A stretch of 64,000 nucleotides of DNA from Octopus sinensis (GCF_006345805.1 NC_043003.1:14260001-14324000); one strand, 5' to 3'; shown: positions 40,708 to 53,172, counted from the first letter of the stretch. Notes: generated by a model not told the origin, from the letters alone. Numbers and translations: made by a program.

Positions 40708-41189
40708 TGAATTTTCTGCTGCTTAAAATAAAGCATATTACTCTACCACTGGTATTTGAGTACTCTTTTTTCCACCTTGTTTCACATTTATGTGTTTACT
40801 CCGGTATATATATATATATAAAGATGAGCTTCTTTCAGTTTCCGTCTACCAAATCCACTCACAAGGCTTTGGTTGGCCTGAGGGTATAGTGGAAGACACT
40901 TGCCCAAAGTGCTTTGCAGTGGGACTGAACCCAGAACCATGTAGTTGGGAAGCAAGTTACTTACCACACAGCCACATAAATATAAATAAATATATATATA
41001 TATGTATATACAACAGCCCTCTTCCAGTTTCTCTCTACCAAATCCACTCACAAGGCTTTGGTCGACCTGAGGTTGTAGTAAAAGACAGTTGCCCAAGGTG
41101 CCACACAGTGTTCATATATATTACATACAATCATATATTTATATATCCCATTTTCTACATCTCAAATAATGACCCAGTACTATAACAGC

Positions 41190-41365
41190 ATGGGTTTTAA
41201 GGGACCACACAAGTATACAGCATTCTGACAGACAACGTCAGACATTTGCGAGGTGTAGTTGTGGAGGTCTTCACAGAGCATCTGGACAAATTTTCATCTG
41301 AGATACCAGATAAACCCATTTCACGACAGGTGGCACAAGGTAGAGCAAGTCCATCCAACTCATTT
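41190..41365 (+). pseudogene. CR1/Jockey-group LINE ORF2 extreme C-terminal fragment
   Basis: With one frameshift reads GFKGP...LRGVVVEVFTEHLDKFSSEIPDKP...RASPSNS (F...LD.FL..IPD.P motif). Confidence 0.6.
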
Positions 41366-41461
41366 CTTCACCAGAAACTGTGCAGAAAAGAAACCCAAAC
41401 ACATTGAAAGACAGTGCTCCAGCATGGCCTCATTCTCTAGCTGAAACCAGTAGAAGATGAC

Positions 41462-41503
<42 letters not shown>

Positions 41504-41958
41504 GTAAAGAGCACCCATTACACTCACGGAGTGGTTGGCATTAAGAAGGGCATCCAGCTGTAGAAACACTGCCAGATCAGACTGGAGCCTGGTGCAGCCT
41601 CCTGGCTTCCCAGACCCCGGTCGAACCATCCAACCCATGCTAGCACGGAAAAGCGGACGTTAAACCATGATGATGATGAGATATATATATATATTGGTGT
41701 CTCAATTTAAGTACCTAATTCAATTGAATCTTAATTATATATATATATATATGTTATCTTTCACTGGTTTCAGCTAGAGACTGAGGCCTTGTTGGAGTAC
41801 CGTCTTTCAATGTGTTTGGGTTTCTTTTCTGCCCTGAAATTGCTGGCCTTGTGCCAGAATTTGAAATCAATTTTATTAGGAACTGCATAAAAGAAATTGT
41901 TAAAATATTCTGTGTATTGTAAAAATAGAATCAATTTATTACACAATAAAAAAAAAGA

Positions 41959-42110
41959 CACAGCACCCATGACTTTCAGAAACATATTTTCACCCTCAGA
42001 ATTGCTGAAGCATGGAATAAACTACCCGCATCCGTCATTAGCTGTCAGGATACTACATCCTTCAAAACTTCCATGCTTCCTGAAATCTGCCAACAGTACA
42101 CCTGGTGGGG
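41959..42110 (+). pseudogene. CR1-type LINE ORF2 C-terminal fragment
   Basis: KHIFTLRIAEAWNKLPASVISCQDTTSFK matches the F..R....WN.LP..V......FK motif. Confidence 0.8.
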
Positions 42111-42636
42111 TTTTTTTTTTCGGGTGTAGTGCACCTGAGCATTGTATACAACAATTTCCTTCATTATATATCAAATTTTATAAAGTAAAAGCAATGCAAG
42201 CACATACTGACTTGGAAGCTATGAACATGTTTCGGTCTCTTTATATTTCTTCAGCCAAATATATTTCACCTCAAAGATCTCATATTTGAAATGATTTGTG
42301 TGTGTGTGTAGGGTAAAGGGTAAAAAACCCCTAGTCATGAATGACCATGGGACTGCACCTAGAAAGTCCTCCTCGCAGGCACAAGTCAGGGCAAGGTTGT
42401 TTTATGGAAGACCAGCAGTCGCCCATGCATACCAGCCACCCCTCACTACGCCACCGATGTTATCCACAGTTTCCGGCTACCAAATCCACTCACAAGGCTT
42501 TGGTCGTCCCGAGGCTATAATAGAAGACAATTGCCCAAGGTGTCACGCAGTGGGACTGAACCCGGAACTATGTGGTTGGTAAGCAAGCTACTTACCACAC
42601 AGCCACTCCTGCGCATATATATAAACATATACTTAC

Positions 42637-42672
<36 letters not shown>

Positions 42673-42754
42673 ATGGAATTGGTGCATGGCATTCAATCAA
42701 ATATATATATATATATATATATGTGTAGATGTATATATATATTATATATATATG

Positions 42755-43185
42755 AGGATCAGAATCGAAATCGATCAATGGAAATTGCAGATGTGTTACC
42801 AGTGCCGGTGGCATGTAAGAGAACCTTCCGTTTCGCGACCGTTGCCAGCACCGCCCCGACTGGCCTCGTGCGGATGGCACGTAAAAAGCACCATCTGTTC
42901 GTGTCCGTTGCCAGCCTCGCCTGGCCCTCGTGCCGGTGGCACATAAAAAGCACCATCCGTTCGTGGCCGTTTGCCAGCTCTGTCTGGCACATGTGTGGGT
43001 GGCACGTAAAAAGCACCCACTACACTCACGGAGTGGTTGGCGTTAGGAAGGGCATCCAGCCGTAGAAACACTGCCAGATTTGACTGGGCCTGATGAAGCC
43101 TTCTGGCTTCACAGACCCCAGTAGAACCGTCCAACCCATGCTAGCATGGAAAACGGACGCTAAACAATGATGATGATGATGATGA
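42755..43185 (+). mobile_element. Family D repeat, young copy with internal tandem GGCACGTAAAAAGCACC units
   Basis: Ends CCATGCTAGCATGGAAAACGGACGCTAAAC(GAT)n. Confidence 0.8.
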
Positions 43186-43279
43186 TATATATACATCTAC
43201 ACATATATATATGTGTGTGTGTGTGTATGGAATTGGTGCATGGCATTCAATCAATATATATATATATATACACATCTAC

Positions 43280-43310
<31 letters not shown>

Positions 43311-43317
43311 TACATAC

Positions 43318-43435
43318 ATTCATACATGAATGCATATATGGGTATAGGACGTCACAAACTGTAAACAACATGAAATACGAAAACAAATGAGTTCAATACG
43401 GTGACATCCTGTACCCATATATGCATGTATGTATA
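43318..43435. repeat. Inverted repeat (~30-bp arms)
   Basis: ATGCATATATGGGTATAGGACGTCAC / GTGACATCCTGTACCCATATATGCAT. Confidence 0.85.
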
Positions 43436-43542
43436 TATGTATGCATATATATATTATTTATATTATGTATATACATGTATATATATTATTTATATTATGT
43501 ATATACATGTATATATATATTTGTCTTCCTTCCTCCCGTTCA

Positions 43543-43619
<77 letters not shown>

Positions 43620-45544
43620 ACTAGTAAAAAAAAAAGAACAAAAAGAAAAGGATCAGAAGGGATTATTAGACGAGAGATTTTTCTTTTTCTTTTTTTTCGC
43701 AAAGAAATACGGAAAATAACATGGGAGTGCGTAGTGGAAAACTGGGGAAAATGCATATAAATTATGTGACAATGCAGTGTAAGGGAGTGTGCGGACAAGT
43801 TAGGAAACGCGTAATGGAGTGTACTGAAAAGGTTAGGCAGTGTATAGAGAGGTGCAATGAGAGTAAATGGAGTGTGCGGTAGGAGAAAAGCCGAATGAAA
43901 AGCTGTGGAGGGAGTAGTGATATTGTAAAGGCGATGTAAAGGTAGTGGAGGGAATAAAGGGATAAATAGGTGGAGGAGATACAGAAGGAATGAAGGGGCT
44001 GCAGGAGAAAAAGGGATGTTGTGGAGGAAGATGAAGTGTAAGAAAGCTTAGAGCGGTTAAGTGATGTGTATGAAGGACGATGATGATGGTGGAAAGAGGG
44101 AGAGTAGAAAAATAGCCTGGTTTGATGGGTTGTGCTGAAAGAGGATTACGGCAGTGAGTGTAATGAGGACCCAAAACAGCAGTTTTGCAGAGAAAGATTA
44201 AGTGGAAGTGAGGGGGAGATAATCGAGATGGAACGTAGGGGGAGGGAGAGGAGGGGATGATAATGATAGAGAGGGAGTAAAGAGCAGACGGTGGTGGAGG
44301 TGATGGTGATGGTGGTGGCGGTGGTGGTGGTGATGGGGGTTTAAAAATGGAGCGAATGGGAGGAGAGGAAGGTCTTTGAGGAGCATTTGAGTTAGGAATC
44401 AGGCTGGAGTGTGTAGAAGAATAAAAGGGAGTGGTTTTTGTAAAAAGAATGGAAGAGACGGTCGAGGAGTCGGGAATAAAAAAACAAAATAAAGAATAAT
44501 GCGGTGGAGGAGACAGCCGGGAACAAAAGAAAGAAAGAATGGAGAAAGATGTGATAGTGGTGGGTGGGGGTGGGGAGTTAGGGTGAAAATACTAAGTAGG
44601 AGATACAAAAAAGGGTAAGGAAAAGAGAGATAGTAAGAGTGAAAAAGATAGAAATAGAGCGAGAGAGAGAGAGAGGGGGGCTGGCTAGTAAAATGCGAAG
44701 GCGGAGGGGGGGGGGAGAGAGAAAAAAGGAAAAAGGGTATGGTTTGTAAGATAGAAAAAATAATCTGGATAAAGATATGAATGACTGAATATGAATTAAA
44801 GAAAAGAAAAAAAGAAAAAAGAAAAACGACGAGAGATGATAGAGGACAGTGAAAGGAGGCAACGAAGTGCTGGTAAGATAACAAGGAACGACTGAAGACG
44901 AAAAAGATAAAGTGATATATAGTAAAGGGGGGGGGGAAATATCAATAAAAAAGGTTAAAGAAACTCGTTGAAAAGTTGATGACAGACAGTAGTAGCAAAG
45001 GATTAAAAAAAAAAATAAAGGGACGAGGGGGGGGGAGAAATTATAGTAATTTCAATATTTACATATGTTGGAGTAAAAAAAAAAAAGCCTGGATTTTTTT
45101 TGAGGGGGGGTAAGGTAGAGTAGGGGGTAGGGTAAGGTAGGGGTAGGGTGTCTTGGTTTCGGTTCGGGTAATTTGAATTGAAATTTTTTATTTTATTTTA
45201 TTTTATTTTATTTTATTTTGTTTTATTTTATTTTCTCACCGGTAAGGCAATCAAATGCAGAGGGGGTAAAAATGTGAGATAGATAAATGAGCGCCGGATA
45301 AATAAATACCGGGTAAATTTGGAGTACGACATAATTATGACAATATTGACATACATACATACACACACACACACATATATATTATATATATATATATATG
45401 TGTGTGTATGTGTGTGTGTATATCATATTTATAGTATATTTTATGTATATATATTTTAAGGAGTGTACAAAAAATATGTATCTGTTTAAGGTGTGTAATA
45501 TATATATATATATATGTATGTATGTATGTATATGTATAATATAG

Positions 45545-45595
<51 letters not shown>

Positions 45596-45672
45596 TATAT
45601 ACATGTGCATTATATAAAACATATCTATAATGCATACATATACACATACACAATACATACACACTCATGCAG

Positions 45673-45697
45673 CATAGATAGATAGATAGATAGATAG

Positions 45698-45733
<36 letters not shown>

Positions 45734-45762
45734 GATAGATAGAATAGATAGACAGAAAGATA

Positions 45763-45835
<73 letters not shown>

Positions 45836-45844
45836 CAGACAGGC

Positions 45845-45906
<62 letters not shown>

Positions 45907-45940
45907 GTAGGTAGGTAGATAGATAGACAGACAGACAGAC

Positions 45941-46015
<75 letters not shown>

Positions 46016-46030
46016 GATAGATACAGACGG
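45673..46030. repeat. (AGAT)n array
   Basis: Direct reading; a smaller array lies at 43545-43617. Confidence 0.95.
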
Positions 46031-46354
46031 ATAGATAGAAAGACAGTCAGGCATAAATAGATTGATAGTCAGGTAGATAGACAGAGGGACAGACAGACAG
46101 ATATAATCCGAGCATGTTTGACCCGACGATAAGATAACGCATATGTAAACAGTGGCGTATATGAAAGTAAAAGCGAAAGTAGAGAATGCTATTAAACATC
46201 TCACTATGTATTGGAGGACGAAAAAAATTCCCTCTCGTACGAACATGCAGCGTGTGAATGTAATTTGTATGTGAGACTATTTTTTCGTGTTTTACGTACA
46301 GATATACTGAGACAGACTAAAACACACACACAGCATGTATGTGTATGTATATAG

Positions 46355-46386
<32 letters not shown>

Positions 46387-46653
46387 ATAATACAGACATA
46401 TGCACAGATCGTGTAAACATTAGTCAGAGTATCTTTCGTACATCAGCGAATAACCAAACCCTTTGAATTCGGTGATCAGGACACAATGACATGGGAATAG
46501 GGTTCGGAAAGGAGCAGGTTGGGGTGGAGGGGCTTTCATGGCAATTTATAACTCATCGGAAGCTGGTGCTGGTTTATTTATTAAAGGAGAACCGACAGTA
46601 TGAAGTCAAGTTTGTATACAGACATACGTGTTTGTATACATATATATACATAC

Positions 46654-46691
<38 letters not shown>

Positions 46692-47039
46692 GAGATATTT
46701 TCCGCTGAAACTATAATAGTATCATTATATTTTACAGCATTGTTAAAACATGTGCATATACGATAGATTTACACACATAAATAGTTAAGCCTACCTTCAG
46801 ACGGCTATTCATGTTTTAAGATAAACGTGTTTATATATATACATATATATATACACATATATATATATATGTATGTATGTATATGTCTTTTTCTGGGATT
46901 ATTGTTGGAAGTTATGAAAATAACTCGCTTATGTCATTCCAATGTTTTAGACTTTTTTTCTATGTATATAGATTTATCCACAGACATTTAGAGTTCGTTG
47001 AAGATGTAGTCTGGCTGTCAGTAGCAACACTGATGTCAT

Positions 47040-47205
47040 CATCATCCCGCCGGTGGCCACAGACTGACCTCCATATTGAATTGGACAGTAGTTAATGACG
47101 TGGCGGTCGTTGATTGGCTACTCCGCAGCAGACGCTACTTTCGTATACTTTGGCGGCAAACTATGGCGTGCGAGTAACCTCTGGTCATTTTTCTTCTATA
47201 AATGC
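47040..47205. promoter_or_regulatory. CpG-rich core-promoter-like island
   Basis: TGACGT (CRE-like, 47096), ATTGG (CCAAT, 47113), AGCAGACG (47127), TTTGGCGGCAAA (E2F-like, 47149), ACT-ATGGCG (47163), TATAAAT (47197). Confidence 0.5.
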
Positions 47206-47481
47206 TAATTTGTATTATGTAATGGGACTCTTTCGTACCTGTCGGGTATTAAATGTGTAATTGACCCAAATGAATACGGACGATCAAGGAGAGTCCTAAA
47301 GAGTGTTCATGGTTGCTAAACCAAACTTATTAAAGATACGAAATAGTTAAATACAGAAACGACATAAAAATAAGTTCAAATGAAGTTTTCTTCCAGATAG
47401 TGTCATTGTTTTAAATGTTCCCATCGGAATTAATTTCTATCTGAAAATACTTCTGTTCATGTACCACATCGAAAACTAATA

Positions 47482-47990
47482 CCGTAAATCCTCGAGTATA
47501 ATCCGCATATTTTCCCCAAAATTTAAAGGTCAATATCCCTAGTGCGTACTATATACGAGGTTAAAAATGAAAAGTATTTTCTAAGCAATGTCCGAGACTC
47601 TATTTGCTGTCCGGCAATGTCTATTCAAACGAATTTTGTGATGACGGGCGCAAAAATACTTTAAGCTAAGCCAGAAAGCAATGAAGTCATAAAAGAATCA
47701 TCCATAACTTGCAGTAAGCAACATTTATTAAACGTTATTACTGTTATTTCTTTATTTTCTGCAAACAAATTGCACAAATAGGCTACACGTTTGCATTATG
47801 TTACATATACAATAATAATAAAGGACGTTACCGTATACATTTTTACAAACAAAGGATGTTATATAGACCTTGACTCAAGTTAGAGAAGGGGTGCGTATTA
47901 TACACAATGTTTAGGTTTTTCAGAGGTACAGCCCCCTAAAAATCCCCTGCGTATTATACTCGAGGGCAGGCTATACTCGAGGATTTACGG
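47482..47990. mobile_element. pogo/Tigger-family MITE
   Basis: TA|CCGTAAATCCTCGAGTATA ... TATACTCGAGGATTTACGG TIRs; internal GCGTATTATAC sub-repeats. Confidence 0.85.
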
Positions 47991-48009
47991 TTTTCATTTC
48001 TGCTTCTGT

Positions 48010-49210
48010 TTTTTTTTTTACTTGCTTCGGTCACAGGACTGCAGTCATGCTGGAGCACCACTTTAAAGAGTTTTAGTCAAACAAACCGACTCTAGTACTA
48101 TTTTATTGATTTCTTTAGTCGAACTACTATGTTGCAGGGGGCGTAAACTAGTCAACACCGTTTGTCAAGTGGTGATGGTGAAACATATAGACGCACGCGC
48201 ACGCACATAAACACACCAGCATCGGTTGTCAAGCGATGTTGGAGGGACAAACACAGACAGACACACAAACACACACACAAAACATACCACACACATATAT
48301 ATTACGAAGGGATTCTTCAGTTCCGTCTACAAATCCACTCACAAGGCTATAGTAGAAGCTACTTGCCCAGGGTGAATGCAGTGGGCTGAACCCGAAACCA
48401 TGCGGTTGGTAGAAAAGCACTTACCGCACAGGCTCCTGCGCCTATATTATAATCAGCAGGGGTTCGCCACCACAACCCTGCCGGAGCCTCGTGGAGCTTT
48501 AAGTGTTTACGCTCAATAAACACTCCCAACACCCAGTCTGGGAATTGAAATGTCGATCCTATGACCACAATGTCAGCTGCCCTAACCACTGGGCTATTGC
48601 GCCTCCACATATGCACCCTTTGTTTTAAAGGTGTGGATCTGTCAACATTGCATTATTACCATCTCATCAGTGCAATCAACTCCGTTGTTCCAGTCGATCC
48701 GATCAATGGAACAGCCTGCACGTGAAAGTGGCTGAGCACTCCATAGACAAGGTTACACTTAACGTAGTTATTAAGGGGATTCAGAGGGACACAGAATGTG
48801 ACAAGGCTGGCTCTTTTGAATTACAGATACAAGTCATTTTTGTCAGCTGAGTGGACTGGAGCAATGTGAAATAAAGTGTCTTGCTCAAGGACACAACATG
48901 CCGCCAGGAATTGAACGCACAATCTTGCAACCGTGAACAGGATACCCCAACCACTAAGCCACATGCCTTAACACATTGCATAACTACGCTAACAAAAAAG
49001 CAGTGAGCTGGCAGAATCTTTCATATGTCGTATGAAATGCTTAGCAATATTTCGTCAGCTGCTACATTCTGAGTTCAAATCCCGCCGAGGTCAACTTTGC
49101 CTTTCATCCTTTCAGGGTCAATAAATTAGGTACCAGTTGAGTGCTGGGGTCGATGTAATCGACTTAATGCCTCTCCCCAAATTTCTGGCCTTGTGCCTAT
49201 AATAGTAAGA
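48010..49210. mobile_element. Cluster of SINE A, B and C copies
   Basis: SINE A (-) to ~48442; SINE B (-) at 48455-48608 and 48680-48965; SINE C (+) at 49000-49210. Confidence 0.8.
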
Positions 49211-49477
49211 ATTATTACGCTAACAAAAAAGGATCACCAGCAATATATTTTTCTTATTAGTTTTACAAAAGTTTTACACCAACAACTCTCGTCTCTACTG
49301 CAGAAAACCAGGACTAGATGCCAAATATAAGATTTAGCTATTTCTAGACAATTGTTATACTTATCTTCAGAATGAACTTCTGATTGAAATAATATTTATA
49401 TAATACACTTTTTTCCTAATTCTGGCCTCATTGATTCAGTGTTGTAACCAAGGTAATTTCAGATAATGGAAGACTAA

Positions 49478-50054
49478 TCTAGTATTTATAATGCACAGTA
49501 TGTGTATTTTGACTAAAGTATGCATTTCCACAATTCTCAACTGATTTTCACCAAACTTTACACATACATTACTTATGTGCCAAGGATGTCCATGCACTAT
49601 AACATTTTGTCTGACGCTCCTGTGTAAATGGACAAACTGGGAAAAACGGTGATTTACACGGATTTTTCTCTAATTTGTTGTATGTACAAAGATTTTTTGT
49701 ATGTAGGGTCTTCCATATTTTTTAATCTATATGGTCATATATTGGCATGAAAGAATATTTTTTAGTGGTTTTCATATTTTTTTTAATTATTATATTTATA
49801 TGTTGCAATTGCATATTATTACTTTCTATATTTTTTTATGAGTATTGGTGTATATTGTTTGAGGGTTTCGGTTAGAGAATATTATAAAAGTGAAAGGTTT
49901 TGTCTATTTTCTATTTTGACTGTTTTCTGTACTTTTTTAATCTATGGTCGTATATTTGCATTACAGAATATTTTTTTAGTTGTTTTCACATTTTTTCTAT
50001 TTATTTATTTTCTATTATATGTTAAACCGTCCAAAGGACAGGTGCGTTTGCTAG
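49478..50054 (+). mobile_element. Non-autonomous Helitron-like element
   Basis: A|TC start; GTCC-AAA-GGAC hairpin; CTAG|T end; internal degenerate duplication. Confidence 0.55.
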
Positions 50055-50289
50055 TTACGTATAAAGACAATTTCCTGAATGGTGTGCTGTCAGTAAAGAA
50101 CAGATATATGGGTGCAGAAGAATGCCTGTTGCTAAGGAGGTGCACTGGACAGCACCACCCCCTCACAATTCAATGGTGACCCTCAGGTTTACAGTGATAT
50201 ACTTATTTCAAAACTCACTTTAGTATTATTACAAACCAATGCCAACCTAGAAAGTTCTCAAGCACCTCCAATTACCAAAGTCTGGCAAT

Positions 50290-50460
50290 AAGTCGGTGCA
50301 GAAGACTTCCAAAGAGTTTACTGTGAAGAATGCATTATGTGCAGTTGTGAATGCATGGAACGAATAATCAAAGACATTCTTGGACATGCCTGATGCCACT
50401 TCTGGTCAGGATTTATATTTAGTGATGCTGTTGGAGAAAGGGATGAACTCAAAGAATTCC
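50290..50460 (+). pseudogene. Tigger/pogo transposase C-terminal remnant
   Basis: EDFQREFTVKNALCAVVNAWNE...W resembles the F...DA......AW motif after the DDE domain. Confidence 0.5.
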
Positions 50461-50553
50461 AGATGTAAAGTGGGTGGGTGGGGTGAGATTATGTTGTAGA
50501 CACAGGAATGACTGCATTTCGTGATCAAGTAGCTCATTTTGCAACAATGTAGT

Positions 50554-50735
50554 TCAATTCTTCACTATATTCGTTGCCAATCCTAACCTTGCTGACAGCC
50601 TCTCTGTATAGGGCCTGTACAGCCCTTATTAACCATTCGTCAATCTCCAGTTTCGGCATTGCCCACCAGATAAGGGATGGGGGGACCCTGTCAAAGGCTT
50701 TCTCCAAGTCCATGAAAGCTATGTAGAGGGGTTTA
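50554..50735 (-). pseudogene. RTE-clade reverse transcriptase fragment
   Basis: KPLYIAFMDLEKAFDRVPPSLIWWAM...LIRAVQALY (F.D.EKAFD motif). Confidence 0.9.
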
Positions 50736-50751
50736 AATAATAATAATAATA

Positions 50752-51148
50752 AAGATCCGTAAAATAAAAGACTTGCTAATAGAAGTTGAAAAAATGTGGC
50801 ATCTCAAGACGACTACAATACCAGTGATTGTAGGACCTCTAGGAATGATAAAAAAAAAGATACTGAAACCTATTTGAAAATGATACCAGGCTTACCATCC
50901 CTACAGGAAGTGCGAAAATTGGTGTTAACTGGAACAACTCATGTACTGAGAAGAGCATTATCACTGTGAAAACAACATCCATTCATGAATTTATTTATTT
51001 ATTTACTTAAATACATATTTTACCTGTGGATTTGCGTGTGTAATCTGGGAATGCATACAATGAGCTTCTCTGCCCTAGGTGTACAGAAAACACTCGGCAA
51101 GAAACGGAAGAAAATTTGAAGAAAGAAGGAAAAAAAAAAAAAAAAATT
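50752..51148 (+). mobile_element. 5'-truncated R4/Dong-like (RLE) LINE in (TAA)n
   Basis: KDLLIEVEKMWHLKTTTIPVIVGPLG...HVLRRALSL*; 3'UTR motif shared with 52147-53072. Confidence 0.85.
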
Positions 51149-51615
51149 ATAATAAAAATAATCCTTTCTACTATAGGCACAAGGCCTGAAATTTAAAGGG
51201 AAGAAGCTAGTTGATTATATGCCCCCTCCCCCAACGCTTAACTGGTACTTATTTCATGAACCCCAAAAGGATGAAAGGCAATGTTGACCTCGGTGGAATT
51301 TGAACTCTGAACATCATGAAGGACGAAATGCTGTTAAGCAGTTTGCCCATCGTGCTAATGATTCTGCCAGCTTGCTGCCTTACCAATGATGATAATAATG
51401 ATTTCAAATTTTTTTCCACATGGGCAACTTGGGGGAGGCGATTAAGTCGATTACATTGACCACAGTGTGTAACTAGTACTTATTTAATTGACCCCAAAAG
51501 GATGAAACACAAAGTCGACCTCAGAGGAATTTGAACTCAGAATGTAATGATGGACAAAAAACTGTTAAGCATTTTGCCTAGCGTGCTAATGATTCTGCCA
51601 GCCCGCAGCCTTACC

Positions 51616-51662
<47 letters not shown>

Positions 51663-52095
51663 GTGTGTCTGTCAAGACCTACCAAAAACTGAGCAAGTAT
51701 AAAGATCATGAAATAGATATTAGCAAAATGTGGAACCTGAAAACTAAAACAATACCTGTTGTCATAGGTGCCCTGGGAATGATAGCAAAAGGGGCTGATT
51801 GCTACCTAGCTCAGATACCAGGAAATCCCAAAATGGCAGAAAATCAAAAGATAGTGCTCATGGGAACTGCCCATATCCTACATAAAATACTGTCTATGTA
51901 ATCTCAAATTTTTAAACAAACATATAATTTTCTTATGGTTTCTTAAACATTCTCTAGAACAACACTATGTACAAAACCAAATGTATGGCACCCTAGGCAT
52001 AACACCAACATGAACTTCCAACTTGTTGTCTCTTGAGGTCTCTGGGTGAGTCTTGGAGTCAACTTGTACAAATGCAAAGCAAAAGTCAAACATAA

Positions 52096-52097
<2 letters not shown>
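51663..52097 (+). mobile_element. 5'-truncated R4/Dong-like LINE, second subfamily
   Basis: ORF 51665..51901 KLSKYKDHEIDISKMWNLKTKTIPVVIGALG; different 3'UTR; (TAA)n on both sides. Confidence 0.85.
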
Positions 52098-52146
<49 letters not shown>

Positions 52147-52148
<2 letters not shown>

Positions 52149-53072
52149 CTCTGCACAGCAAATATGTGGCTCGTAGCAAACAAGCTGATGTTGACCAGAA
52201 GCAAACCCATCAGTGGCTACGGAGCTCAGGGCTAAAAGCAGAGAGCGAAGGTTTCATCCTGGCTGCTCAAGATCAAAGCCTATTAACCCGGAACTACCAG
52301 GCCAATGTGATGAAAAATGGAGCAGACCCAAAATGCCGATTCTGCAATGACATGATTGAAACAGTGGACCACCTAATCTCTGTATGTAAAGTCTTAGCAC
52401 CAGTGGAGTATAAATTAAGACATGACAGAGTTGGCCAATATCTACACTGGCTAATAAGTCGGCATTACAATATCAAAACTACCGACAAGTGGTATAATCA
52501 CCACCCTGAAGCTGTAACTGAAGCAGAAAATGTAACGATTCTGTGGGACTTACCAGTACATACAGACCGAACCATCAAAGCAATAAAACCGGATATTGTT
52601 GTGAAAGACCAAAACAATAAAGTTTGCTTATTGATCGACATGAGCATCCCTGTGATCATAATATCTCGGCGAAAGAGGTTGACAAGCTCAGAAAATATAA
52701 AGACCTGCTCATTGAATTGAGAAAATGTGGCATCTCAAGGCGGTTACAATACCAGTGATCGTAGGAGCACTAGGAATGATCAAGAAGGGAACCGAAAATT
52801 ATATGAGAATGATCCCTGGCTTACCATCCCTGCAAGAAGTGCAAAAGATTGTCTTAAATGGTACATCACACGTATTGAGAAGAGCATTGTCGATGTGAGA
52901 ACTATTACTACCCATGTATTTTAATTTAACTTTATTTCTATAAAAAAAAAAATGAACGAACTAGTGAGTTTAGTTTAATGGCCTACCAATGTATACTATG
53001 AGTTTCTTTGCCCTAGGAGTCGGGAAGACACTCGGCAAGAAATGGAAGCAAATTTGAAAGAAGAAAAAAAAG
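52147..53072 (+). mobile_element. 5'-truncated R4/Dong-like LINE with Zn knuckle and restriction-like endonuclease
   Basis: AAQDQ...CRFC...ETVDHLISVC...RHD...KPDIVV...LID; frameshift at ~52658; stop at 52896-52898; flanked by (TAA)n. Confidence 0.92.
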
Positions 53073-53087
53073 ATAACAATGATAATG

Positions 53088-53139
<52 letters not shown>

Positions 53140-53141
53140 TG

Positions 53142-53172
<31 letters not shown>

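Noticed and set aside
49468-49485. TGGAAGACTA matches the miR-7 5' end
   Set aside because: The match stops after 10 nt and runs into a Helitron-like element; no hairpin.
52046-52720. 224-aa ORF as an intact nuclease gene
   Set aside because: Its N-terminus comes from a neighbouring UTR and (TAA)n; it is a 5'-truncated, frameshifted LINE fragment lacking RT.
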